Assembly: GCF_009914755.1 (NCBI RefSeq)
Contig: NC_060940.1
Strand: one strand, 5' to 3'
DNA: 64,000 bases
Origin: the human T2T-CHM13v2.0 reference genome, Homo sapiens
Position numbers and translations under genes: made by a program. The notes below the pieces were generated by a model. That model made no database searches. It was not told the origin of the DNA and worked only from the letters and a program-made list of their open reading frames with translations. Below, piece by piece: positions 30,361 through 47,857 of the stretch; the first letter of the stretch is position 1, and the number at the start of each line of letters is the position of its first letter.

Positions 30361-31478
30361 AAATATATTTTCAAATATTTAAATGACAATTGTATAAAGT
30401 GGGAAATGAAAGTATCTTAGAATTTTGTAACTTCTTGCTCTATGATATGGGAATTATACTCTCAAATTTATTTTTGTGTACATATAAAATTAGTTTTAGA
30501 ACAAAATAATAGCTTTTGACTCGACATTAAGGCTTGATCTTGGTGAGATGATGGACCATTTTATCTCTAGGGCCTTATCTTTGAGGTAGAGTCCATTGGG
30601 AACTTTAAAGTTTTGGTTCAGTTTATGAGCCAATAGCAAATTAGGCTTTCAGAGGAACAGAGGGGATGTGAGTTTTCTATTACCAAATAGTCTAAAAACA
30701 TTAGTATTTCTTGTTGAACTTCACAAAGTAATGACTTTTGTCAAAGGATAATTTCAAAAAGTTAAAACCAGGATTTTCATATAAACATAAAATAAAGACA
30801 TACAAAGATTCCTTTGTACACCTCATCTTCAATTTAGAATTTAAGGAACAGAAATTTAAATAGTCACTCAATGGAATGTGAAAATTAATTTGTTAATAGA
30901 TACAAACCCGCTTAATGTTAAAGATGACGAAACAGTCACCTTTAGCGTTTAGAGTTCTGATCAAACAAATCTAAAAGTTAACGCACAAAATTATATTATC
31001 AATGTTCCCATCAAACAATAAAGAACAAAATTAAACACAGGTGCATTGTCTTAAATAAATAATCCTTGGATGAGACCTCTTAACAGTGACCTTCATTTGA
31101 CACTGAAAATACAGGATCTCATCTTTTGCTTTATTTCTAAATTTTGAAAGTTAATTTTTCTTAATACTTTTTTTCACCTGTTCTTGTTTGTTATGATCAT
31201 GGTCCCTATTATCTTTTGACTGTTAAAATCCTCTCTTCTGATGTGTCTTTTATTTTTTTATGTCTTTTATAATAGAAAAAAATATTTTATAAAGAAACAA
31301 GATGTCAAATTTTGTTCACTTGTTCTTTTTATTTTATAGATAGGTAAAATGGAAATGGAGTCCATTTTATCTCCTATTCTAGAGCTGATTCCATCAAAAC
31401 TAAAGATTAACTATTAAACTCTTATTACAACTTTTTGCATATTTCTTTAAATTTTAAGCTTAGAATAAATTCCTCTCA

Positions 31479-31804
<326 letters not shown>

Positions 31805-32717
31805 CTATCCCACCCCAAGACCATATAAAATGTCTCTCTTTTATGCCCCACTGCACTTGTGACCCTAAGATGATATACTTCCTAGCTACCTGCCACCACC
31901 CACATGCCCTTCCATTAACTTGGAATCTTTAAGGGCAAAAATTGTCTTAGTTCCCTGCTCCTCATGGCCTGATTTATATTAGGCACTTAATAAGTTACAC
32001 TTTAATTATTTACTGATGTATGGACACTATTCTTATGGTCAACGAAGAAAATGAAAAAACTGTTTAATGTAAAAATACAAACCGAAAATAAATTTAAAAC
32101 TTCTTTCCTCATATCTCCCTCATGTTTTTGTTTTAGTCATTAAACAAAACTTACTCTGTCACTCAATCTAAACATCCTAACACTCTTCACCTTTTAGTGT
32201 ATTTACACAATTCATTAGTAATTTTGCTGTTACCTTAATTACTCTTCCTTAGGTAAAGCATAGCACAATGGTCAAATCTGAGTTTCTCAACTCAAAGTTG
32301 AGCTTAGGTGTTCAAAACCAGCTTTACTGAATGTAAACATGTGTTTAACTTTGTTTTATATTCAATAGTTATAAAGGGATGTTTCCCCTCTCTGAGCTTA
32401 AAAAAAAAATCCCTCCTAATTTTTTAGAAAGAACTGAATAAGAAAGTCTTCCTTATCATAAAGCAATTTTGTGGTGCAACTAAGGCTAATTCTTGACACT
32501 CAAAGTAGTAGACGAGAGATTAGATGATGCAGTGACAAGTCAGTACATATGCCCAACCAGTGTGACAAAATGTCCCCATCCGTCTTGGTTCCAAAATTCG
32601 TGGCTGATGGGAACAAGCACAAGTAGACCAGAGTTAGATAATTCTTGCTGCGTAATGCACCCATATGAGGCAATCAAAGACCAAGGATTACTAGGCAACT
32701 TAGAAGTATTACATAAA

Positions 32718-33012
32718 GGCCGGGCGCGGTGGCTCATGCCTGTAATCCCAGCACTTTGGGAGGCTGAGGCAGGCGGATCACAAGGTCAGGAGTTTGAGAC
32801 CAGCCTGGCCAATATGGTGAAACCCCGTCTCTACTAAAAATACAGAAATTAGCTGGGCGTGGTGGCGTGTGCCTGTGGTCCCAGCTGCTTGGGAGGCTGA
32901 GTCAGAGGAGTCACTTGAAGCCAGGAGGTGGAGTTTGCAGTGAGCCGAGACTGCACTGTTGCACTCCAGCCTGGGTGACAGAGCAAGACTCTGTCTCAAA
33001 AAAAAAAAAAAA
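32718..33012 (+). mobile_element. Alu (AluSg-like)
   Basis: TSD aagt(a/g)ttacataaa. Confidence 0.95.
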
Positions 33013-33479
33013 GTGTTACATAAAATACTACGCAATACCACACTACCATAATGAGAACTGAAAGAAGCTAATGTGCTGGAGAAACAAGAAGCCAAGCCTT
33101 CCCCTACTGTTGTTAATATCACTGGGAGGGCAACATAATAAGTGCTCAGTGAACGTCTGCTCATTCTACTACTCTCTCGCCTGCCATCACAGGCCCAGGC
33201 CAGATCACCATCTGAGAGGTCTTACACATACCCTAAAAGTTACCAGGTAAGGAGGAGCATGGTGACTTGGGGCAATTGGAAGTGAGTTTCCTCTTTCTTT
33301 TCTGTAGGAATTGTCCAGTGCCGTGCTAGTTAACAATCAGCACTCCCAAGAATGGGAGTGGACAGCCTTGGATTTTACAATTTGCCAATTTCTATGGTGT
33401 AAATACTTTCATCATCTCATTGCCAATCTCAAGCTACTAACCTGAGTTTGCTGAAATACATCCTATTAAATATATTAGA

Positions 33480-34780
<1,301 letters not shown>

Positions 34781-34782
34781 TA

Positions 34783-35086
34783 GGCCAGGCACGGTGGCTC
34801 ACACCTGTAATCCCAGCAGTTTGGGAGGTCGAGGCGGGCAGATCACGAGGTCAAGAGATCGAGACCATCCCGGCCAACATGGTGAAACCCCATCTCTACT
34901 AAAATACAAAAATTAGCTGGGCATGGTGGCACTGGCCTGTAGTCCCAGCTACTTGGGAGGCTGAGGCAGGAGAATCGCTTGAACCAGAGGTCAGAGTTTG
35001 CAGTGAGCCGAGATCGTGCCACTGCACTCCAATCTGGCGAAAGAGCCAGACTCTGTCTCAGAAAAAAATTTTACAAAAATAAAAAA
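34783..35086 (+). mobile_element. Alu (AluSc-like)
   Basis: gaggtcaagagatcgagaccatcc. Confidence 0.93.
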
Positions 35087-35089
35087 CCT

Positions 35090-39545
<4,456 letters not shown>

Positions 39546-39659
39546 AATAGTAAAAGTCTTTTAGATTTTGGAAGCAACACATACCACATTTCAGTGTGTG
39601 ACTTTGACTCATTTACAGAATTACCTGTAGATTTCAAGTGAGAAGAACAAAAGAAAGTG

Positions 39660-40360
<701 letters not shown>

Positions 40361-40799
40361 ATGAGGGTCTAACTGAGTTCCTGTCCTTAAGTCCTAGGCA
40401 CTATTTTGTGTTTTCCTTTACGTCCTTTCTTAGACCCATCTGTAGCTTGGGATTACCTGGGACTTACACAGTGTCCATAAAGTCAGGAAGTATAAACATA
40501 TATAATGTCACAAAGACATCTTTGATCTGTTAAAAAAACAAACAAACAGAAAAAAACTCTGTGTCTGTGTGTGTGTCTACAATTTGTAAACACTCTGCAG
40601 TTCAAGCCATGAGCCATAACTTAAAATCTACTGGAGAGGTTTGTTGAGATATTTTTGGTCTTTGCTTTTCTGATTAAAAAAAAAAAAAGGCAGACACACC
40701 AGAGATGGCTCTATGTTCCTTCACTTGTTCCCATCTCTCATCTTTGATTGTAGAAATTGTTTAGAGTGGCAAATCATCAAATATGGAATGCTAATAAAG

Positions 40800-41100
40800 C
40801 TCCATAAACTTACGTCTGCAGTTTTGAAATCCAAAAAGCTCCAGAAAAATAATTTTTAAAAGCTCACTTGGAGGTAAAACCCGAACTAAACTAACATAAG
40901 ATGGTTTAGTGTTTCTCTTACTGGGAGTAATAAAAAGTTTCACTCAGAAAAAATGAGTTTAGTTATCAGGTGTTTCCCAGTTCCTTGCTGGGCTCTATAT
41001 AATACATGGCACATGCACCTAATTTCATTTCTAAAATCAGGAAAATGTGTGAATTTAAAACACATCTGGCACTAAGGGTTTCAGATAAGAGACTGTGTGA
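40800..41100. mobile_element. Tigger/MER46-like DNA transposon remnant
   Basis: Terminal-like acacatctggc..aagggtttcagataagagactgtg. Confidence 0.45.
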
Positions 41101-41221
41101 CAATTGTTCTTAGTTCTGCCATTTTCCCTGGAAAACAATCTTCAAAGTTCACAGAGCACATCAGCAAGAATTTTTAAAAGGAGCCTAATTGTGATATGGT
41201 TTTGTTGAAATACAAGGCAGG

Positions 41222-41600
41222 TGTAAAAGGAAAATAAATCTCAGGACTCCAAAATTACTAAGCCAAAGGTAAAAGTCAAGCTGGGAACTGCATCAGGCAA
41301 AGCTGCCTCCCAGTTTATCCCTAAATAAGATATTTACAAAGATAAAGCTACATACTTCCCTCATAATTTGCCCTCTAGGGATTCCTTGTGGGCTGCAAGA
41401 TCTTTACCCTAAAACGGTTCTGTTGAATTTTACCCTGACAACGTAAACTGATAGTTCATCTTCACAGGTGCGAGACAAAGGAGCGAACCCCAAGTCATCC
41501 CTCTGCTCACCTGAAACAAATGCATATCTGATTGCTTCCTCTGAGGTAAAAATGCAGATTGACAAAGCTAGATGAAGGCGTAACTATTCCTCTACTCCCC
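41222..41600 (+). mobile_element. MER4-family ERV1 LTR, 5' part
   Basis: tgtaaaaggaaaataaatct..aaaagtcaagctgggaactgc..gatctttaccctaaaac. Confidence 0.8.
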
Positions 41601-42086
<486 letters not shown>

Positions 42087-42339
42087 TTATGAGATGTTAT
42101 TTTATTGTACTTTTTTACATGTTTATTATATATTATATACTTCTAAATGTATTAGGTAAATATATTTTGTATGCACATAAATTTATCCATTGTTTCTGTT
42201 ATATAAATTTAATATTTATTACTTATCGATTACCTATTGTATATAAGGCACATGATGCTACACTGGTATTTGGAATTCATTACCCTAACTATACTGTAAT
42301 TAAAATAATTATCCTAACTAGTACCAAAGGCTTCCCCTT

Positions 42340-42530
42340 AGCAATCACTCGAAGTGTGCCAGCACCTCCACTCACTTCACGTCAAGCGATTCCCATCATT
42401 GTTTCACTGATGGAGAAACCAAGGCCCAGGGCACTTGGGGCAAGGCGTTCAGGGGGCTTTCGGTCCGGAAGCAGCGTCGGGGCGGGAATTCGAACCCTGG
42501 GTTCCCACACTGGCCCGTGGCAGGGCCCCC
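42340..42530 (-). mobile_element. MIR-like remnant at the CpG-island edge
   Basis: Reverse complement reads ..cagggttcgaattccc..gccttggtttctccatcagtgaaa.., i.e. a MIR B-box and core. Confidence 0.55.
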
Positions 42531-43299
42531 AAGCCTTTTCCCAAACTGATCACAGAAAGTGACGACCCGTTCGCCCGGCGGACCGGGGGCGTCGGGCAGG
42601 TCCTGGTCCAAGTGAGTGCCCGCCCCTGCCCTGGGCTGGCAGAGTTCTTCCCCCAGCTGCAGGTAGACGTGGGAACCCGGCAGGGTACGGAGCTGCTGGC
42701 GCGGCACGCTGATTAGAAGCGGCGACTGCCCGTCAAGCATTCGCGCCTCTCCCCTCCCTTGAGTTTCTTGGCAGGGTTAAGGGATAAGAGAAAGTGGAGT
42801 TGCCTCAGTTCTGGGAGAGCCCGTTTGTGGGTCCGGCACAGGTATCCATCGGGACTTACGCTGCAAAAGTCCTCTTGTGAAACAAGGAATAGGCTCGAGT
42901 CTTCGATTGGGTCGAGGGAGACGTCAATCAATAGATGGGCGTGTGCAAACGCAACACAACGTACAGTATTGGTTAGGATTTGGCGGGGGGAGTAGACAGC
43001 GGGGAAATGAGGCGGCTCATCTCGATTGGCCCAGAAAGAAGGCGGTCGCGCCCTATGTACTCCGGGATTGGCTAGAGCGAGCCGCGTCCCCCCTCACGCC
43101 AACCACTGGTAAGCGAAGTGGGCCTCGCTCTCCCGGGTTAGCAGCCGTAGCCAGATCCGTTGAAAGGAGTGCAGAGAGGTCTCATTGCGCTCCCGAACAG
43201 ACCTGACGTAGATCCGAAGTGGCCCGCGCCATCTCAACTATGAGGGGACACCCGTAGGCGGCGGGAGAGGGACGCCGCGAGGAGCCAATAAAGCTCCGC

Positions 43300-43432
43300 A
43301 ACCGGAAGTGTCTTCTGGGAGGGGTCGTACCCGGAAGTGTGGCACCTCCCGGGCCGCACCCGGAAGTGTGATGCCACCGCCGCTACGGGGAAGTAATGGT
43401 ATCCGGCCAATTGAGATTCGGAGTTAAAACAG
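43300..43432 (+). other. MON1B: MON1B exon 1 (5' leader; start approximate)
   Basis: Donor CAG|gtgttt after 43432, upstream of the exon 2 acceptor at 43650. The TSS cannot be fixed from sequence alone. Confidence 0.65.
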
Positions 43433-43660
43433 GTGTTTGTATATCTCTATTTCCTGAGGCCCAGTAGAGTCTCCTCTTTTCGGAAAGTGTTGGAGGGGGG
43501 GACGTATTTGGGCATGATTTTGGATGTCTCGTCCTATTGAAATCCGTGGGGAAATGAGCAGTAGGAGTGTGTCCAAGGGGGCCTGACTCTATAAAGGCTT
43601 TTCAGAAGTTTCTTTCACCGCCCGTCACCCTCGATTCCCCTCCCACTCAGGGATGTGCAG

Positions 43661-43808
43661 ATGGAGGTCGGAGGAGACACTGCTGCCCCGGCCCCCGGGG
43701 GCGCGGAGGACTTGGAGGACACGCAGTTCCCCAGTGAGGAAGCTAGAGAAGGTGGAGGGGTTCACGCGGTCCCGCCGGATCCCGAAGACGAGGGCCTGGA
43801 GGAAACAG
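43661..43808 (+). CDS. MON1B: MON1B exon 2 coding part (MEVGGDTAAP...GLEETG); vacuolar fusion protein MON1 homolog B, subunit of the MON1-CCZ1 Rab7 GEF
   Basis: Acceptor ctcag| at 43650, ATG at 43661, donor ACAG|gtatga at 43808 (phase 1). Confidence 0.95.
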
Positions 43809-43819
43809 GTATGACTCCA

Positions 43820-45600
43820 CTTAGTGGGGTCTTAAAAGGAATCCTTAGGGGTTGTCATTGTTGGACGGGGGAAGGGTCAGTGGGTGACCAGTAGGGAGTC
43901 TTGGGACTTAAGAGAAGTGGCTTAAACCATCGCCGGGTCAGGAGGAGGTCACTGTGGACACATGGTGTAGTTTACATCATTGAGGAAGTCATTGGGTGTC
44001 AACGGATGTTCACTGGGGGTTTGGTGTGAGTTTAGGTCATTGAGGAATCAAAAAGGGGGCTGTTAGGACCAAAGAGGGTCACTGAGGATTTAGAGTGTTT
44101 AGATCAAAGAATGCGCTGAAGAAAGTCAATAGACTCAACAGAGGAGGACTGTTGAGAAGTTAGTGTTTTTGAGGAGTAGGGTGTTATTTATTAAATAATA
44201 GAAGTGGGAAGGGGAATCAGTGGAGTTCGATGGGCACTCAGAGTATTTACATCATTGAAGTCACTTGTAGACTGTTGGGGAAGTCTTTAAGGGACCAAAT
44301 GTTAGTGGATGTGTAAAGTTGTTCATTTGGGATTTAATGGAAGTCACTGAGAAGTCTGTGCCATTGATCACTTTGGAATTAGTGGATGTAAATGGAGTCA
44401 TTGGGAAGGATCAGTGGACCTCACTGAGAATAAATGTGGATGGGGAGGTTGAGGACTTGGGAATTAATAGCAGGTAAGAGCAGTTATTAGGAGGGAGTAA
44501 AGATATTTGGGGACATGGGAGTGTCAGTGAATGTCAGTGACAGAATATGCAATTATTGGGATTTTATGGGAAAATTATTGAGACATAGTTGCACATGGAT
44601 AATAATGGTTGTCATTGGGGGATGAATGGAAATCAATGGGAATAAATGGATGTGTCAGTAGGGGCTGTTGAAGTTGTGGGTTTTAGTGAATGTTAATGAT
44701 GGTCATGGGTAGGGGCAATGGAAGTCATTAAAGTCTTGTGTGTTAGTGGATATTATGATGGTTACTGTAGGGAGGGGAGTGGATACCAATGAGATTGAAG
44801 GTGGTCAGGGGAGTGACTGAAGGTCTCTGAAGTGCTGGGTGTTAGTGGAGGTTAATGATGGTCATTGTTGGGGGTAGGGGGGAGTAGACATGGAGTAGAA
44901 TAAATTGTGGATCAGGGCAGTCATGGAGGGTCATTGAAAAACCAGGTGTTAATGATTGTTAATGTGGGGTCATTGGGGTGTTTGTGAACCACAGTGGGAG
45001 TGAATAGTGGATTAGGGGAGTCCTAAATATCTGGGTGTTAGTGGATATTAACGACAGTCATTGGGAGAAATAGTGGACATTACCAAGAATATAAATGGGC
45101 AACCAGGAGAGTTAGTAGGGGTCATCAGGTATCAGTGGGCATCACTGATAGGGTAGTAGCGGGGGTTGGGGCATTCAAACACTTAAGATATTAATAGATG
45201 TTAATGGTGGCCATTGGGTGAGCAGATAACAGGAGAAAAAATAGCGGTCAGAGGAGTTAATGGGGGATCATTGAAGATGAATAATCGTCATCCAGAGTCA
45301 ATGGGGTGCTTTGAAGACTTTGGAATAACAGTGATTGAAAGGGAAGTAATTGGTCTGTAGGAACATAGCAAGTCCAGTGGAATAACAATGAGAATATGTT
45401 GGTTTATTAGGGTTTTAGGAAGTTCATTGGAACCTAAATGTTAGTGGAGATCATTGCGGGGTCCTAGGGCAGTCATCGGGTCATTGAGGGGCATAGGAGA
45501 CACTTGGAGTTCTGCGTCAGCATGCAGGGGTCATGGAGGGGCTAGTAGATATTTGGTGGGTCCTTGGGGATGTGGGATTAGTTAGGAGTTCACATGCAGA
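43820..45600. repeat. Degenerate G-rich, C-poor tandem repeat in MON1B intron 2
   Basis: Motif gttagtggatgttaatgatggtcattggg recurs in diverged form at ~44301, 44379, 44683, 44742, 44841, 44948, 45037, 45190 and 45440. Confidence 0.7.
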
Positions 45601-45625
45601 TGACCCACCAGGGGCTCCCTTTCAG

Positions 45626-45952
45626 GATCCAAGGACAAGGACCAGCCACCCAGCCCATCACCACCGCCCCAGTCAGAGGCCCTGTCAAGCACCTCTCGGC
45701 TCTGGAGTCCTGCAGCCCCTGAGAATAGTCCCACATGTAGCCCTGAGAGTAGCTCTGGAGGCCAGGGCGGGGACCCCAGTGATGAGGAGTGGCGCAGCCA
45801 GCGGAAGCATGTGTTTGTGCTGAGTGAGGCTGGCAAGCCCATCTACTCGCGGTATGGTAGTGTGGAGGCGCTGTCGGCTACCATGGGTGTAATGACCGCC
45901 CTGGTGTCCTTTGTGCAGAGTGCGGGAGATGCCATCCGTGCCATCTACGCTG
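45626..45952 (+). CDS. MON1B: MON1B exon 3 (SKDKDQPP...[19 protein letters not shown]...AIYA)
   Basis: ttcag| acceptor and G|gtgagc donor. 327 nt, phase 1-1. Contains the Mon1-family [17 protein letters not shown] motif. Confidence 0.96.
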
Positions 45953-46509
45953 GTGAGCAAACAGGTGGGAGGCAGAATGGGGGACAGTGACTGGGAATAT
46001 GGCTGGCACGGGTAGGTCTGTCTGCCTCAGGCACTATCCAGCCAGCCAGGGTTGGGTCCATGTGTGTGGATGGTCAGCCAGAGCTCTGTCAGTGGCGGGA
46101 GGTGGGGGTGTTCATCTCTGTCTGGCCTGCTGGTTTCTTAGTGATTGACTTGCTGGGATCTGAGTGACTAGCTGGATACTTCTGTGTCACCTGAGAGGAT
46201 AACTGTGGGGGCTGTGTGGCTGAGCTGTGTCTTTCTGGCTCTATGTCAGCCCTTGTACCATCTCTACCCGCCTGCCCGTGGTCTTTGCTGTGTATCTAAC
46301 CTACTTGTTCCTTTGTCCATCCCATCATGTCTCTGCAAATGTCCAGATTCCTCCAGCTTGTCCTTACCCCAGTCCAGGTGCCCACAGAGTGAGCATGTGG
46401 ACTCGGGCCTGGTGTGTGTATGGTAGGAGAGGGCAGAAGAGCCCCACTGTCTCCCTCTGGTCATTCCTGATCCAGCTGTACCCCCCCTTCTTACCCCTTC
46501 CTTCCCTAG

Positions 46510-47329
46510 AGGACCACAAGCTGGTGTTCCTACAACAGGGCCCACTGTTGCTCGTGGCCATGTCACGGACTTCTCAGTCAGCAGCCCAGCTGCGGGGGGA
46601 GCTGCTAGCTGTGCACGCACAGATCGTGAGCACACTTACACGTGCAAGTGTCGCCCGCATCTTCGCACACAAGCAGAACTATGACCTCCGCCGCCTGCTG
46701 GCTGGTTCAGAGCGCACACTGGACCGACTTCTGGACAGTATGGAGCAGGACCCAGGAGCCCTGCTCCTGGGTGCCGTGCGCTGTGTGCCCCTTGCCCGCC
46801 CGCTGCGAGACGCACTAGGTGCGCTCCTCCGACGTTGCACAGCGCCTGGCCTGGCGCTGTCAGTGCTGGCAGTAGGCGGTCGACTTATAACAGCAGCCCA
46901 GGAGCGGAATGTGCTGGCCGAGTGCCGGCTGGACCCAGCTGACCTGCAGTTGCTGCTCGACTGGGTGGGTGCACCAGCCTTTGCGGCGGGTGAGGCTTGG
47001 GCACCTGTGTGCCTGCCCCGCTTCAACCCTGATGGTTTTTTCTACGCCTACGTGGCCCGCCTGGATGCTATGCCTGTCTGCCTGCTGCTGCTTGGCACCC
47101 AACGTGAAGCCTTCCATGCCATGGCCGCCTGCCGGCGCCTGGTCGAAGATGGGATGCATGCCCTTGGTGCCATGCGTGCCCTTGGGGAGGCTGCCAGCTT
47201 CTCTAATGCCTCATCAGCCAGTGCTCCTGCCTACAGCGTGCAGGCTGTCGGGGCGCCGGGCCTCCGGCACTTCCTGTATAAGCCGCTGGACATCCCTGAC
47301 CACCACCGCCAACTGCCCCAGTTTACCAG
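46510..47329 (+). CDS. MON1B: MON1B exon 4 (EDHKLVFLQQ...NYDLRRLL...PVCLPRFNPDGF...LPQFT)
   Basis: ccctag| acceptor and AG|gtaggc donor, 820 nt. Mon1 motifs NYDLRRLL and WAPVCLPRFN. Confidence 0.97.
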
Positions 47330-47709
47330 GTAGGCCCTGACCCTAAGGCAACTGGCTGGGTGGGAAGGCCTGTCAAACCAGGAAGTTCAGCATCTCAGGG
47401 ATGTGACTCAGGAGAGATAACCAGCCATGCTTAAGAAAGAGGGAAGAGAACAAGTCTCTGTCTGATGATGGAGCATCAGCCACAGACCTAAAGGAATCCC
47501 CCTCTTCTGGTGGACAGCAGGGCCCTAGTACTCAGGGAATCTCCTAGTTTGATGAGGGAAGGTCAGCCTCCAACCCCTGAGAATCCTCAAGTCTCATGGG
47601 AGAGGCTCAGCTCCCTAACTTCATTGAAATCTCTAGACTGAGGGAGGAAATGGGCCAGCCAAGAAGGCCCTGGACTAACCTTGTCCTCCACCTCCCTCCA
47701 TCATGGCAG

Positions 47710-47857
47710 CCCTGAGCTAGAGGCCCCCTACAGCAGAGAGGAGGAGCGGCAGCGGCTGTCGGACCTGTACCACCGCCTGCATGCTCGTCTCCACAGCACC
47801 TCCCGACCCCTGCGCCTCATTTACCACGTGGCTGAGAAGGAGACACTACTGGCCTGG
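47710..47857 (+). CDS. MON1B: MON1B exon 5 (SPELEAPY...ETLLAW)
   Basis: ggcag| acceptor and TGG|gtaagt donor, 148 nt. Restores phase 0. Confidence 0.96.

Larger units (their letters stand above)
42430..43810. promoter_or_regulatory. MON1B: CpG island / MON1B promoter (TATA-less; ETS, CCAAT, YY1-like and CRE-like motifs)
   Basis: Sharp rise in GC and CpG density. CCGGAAGT at 43302, 43331 and 43360. Several CCAAT/ATTGG boxes between 42900 and 43290. TGACGT at ~43204 and GCGCCATCT at ~43226. Confidence 0.9.

Noticed and set aside
42484-42550. Possible tRNA gene at the GGTTCGAA motif
   Set aside because: No cloverleaf or convincing A-box; the flanks look like MIR.
43285-43292. AATAAA in the MON1B promoter as a poly(A) signal
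   Set aside because: It overlaps a CCAAT box (CCAATAAA) in a GC-rich context with no U-rich downstream element.
43820-45600. Repeat-spacer-like appearance in MON1B intron 2 (CRISPR-like?)
   Set aside because: Units are highly diverged and irregularly spaced, and the 'spacers' are themselves related. This is human intronic DNA with no cas genes.
46227-46509. N-terminal ~94 codons of the 368-aa ORF 46227..47333
   Set aside because: Intron 3 sequence that happens to be open. It ends in a polypyrimidine tract and the tag acceptor at 46509; MON1B coding resumes at 46510.
46679-47340. Antisense and alternative-frame ORFs over MON1B exon 4
   Set aside because: Expected shadows of GC-rich coding sequence, with no accessible initiation context or promoter.
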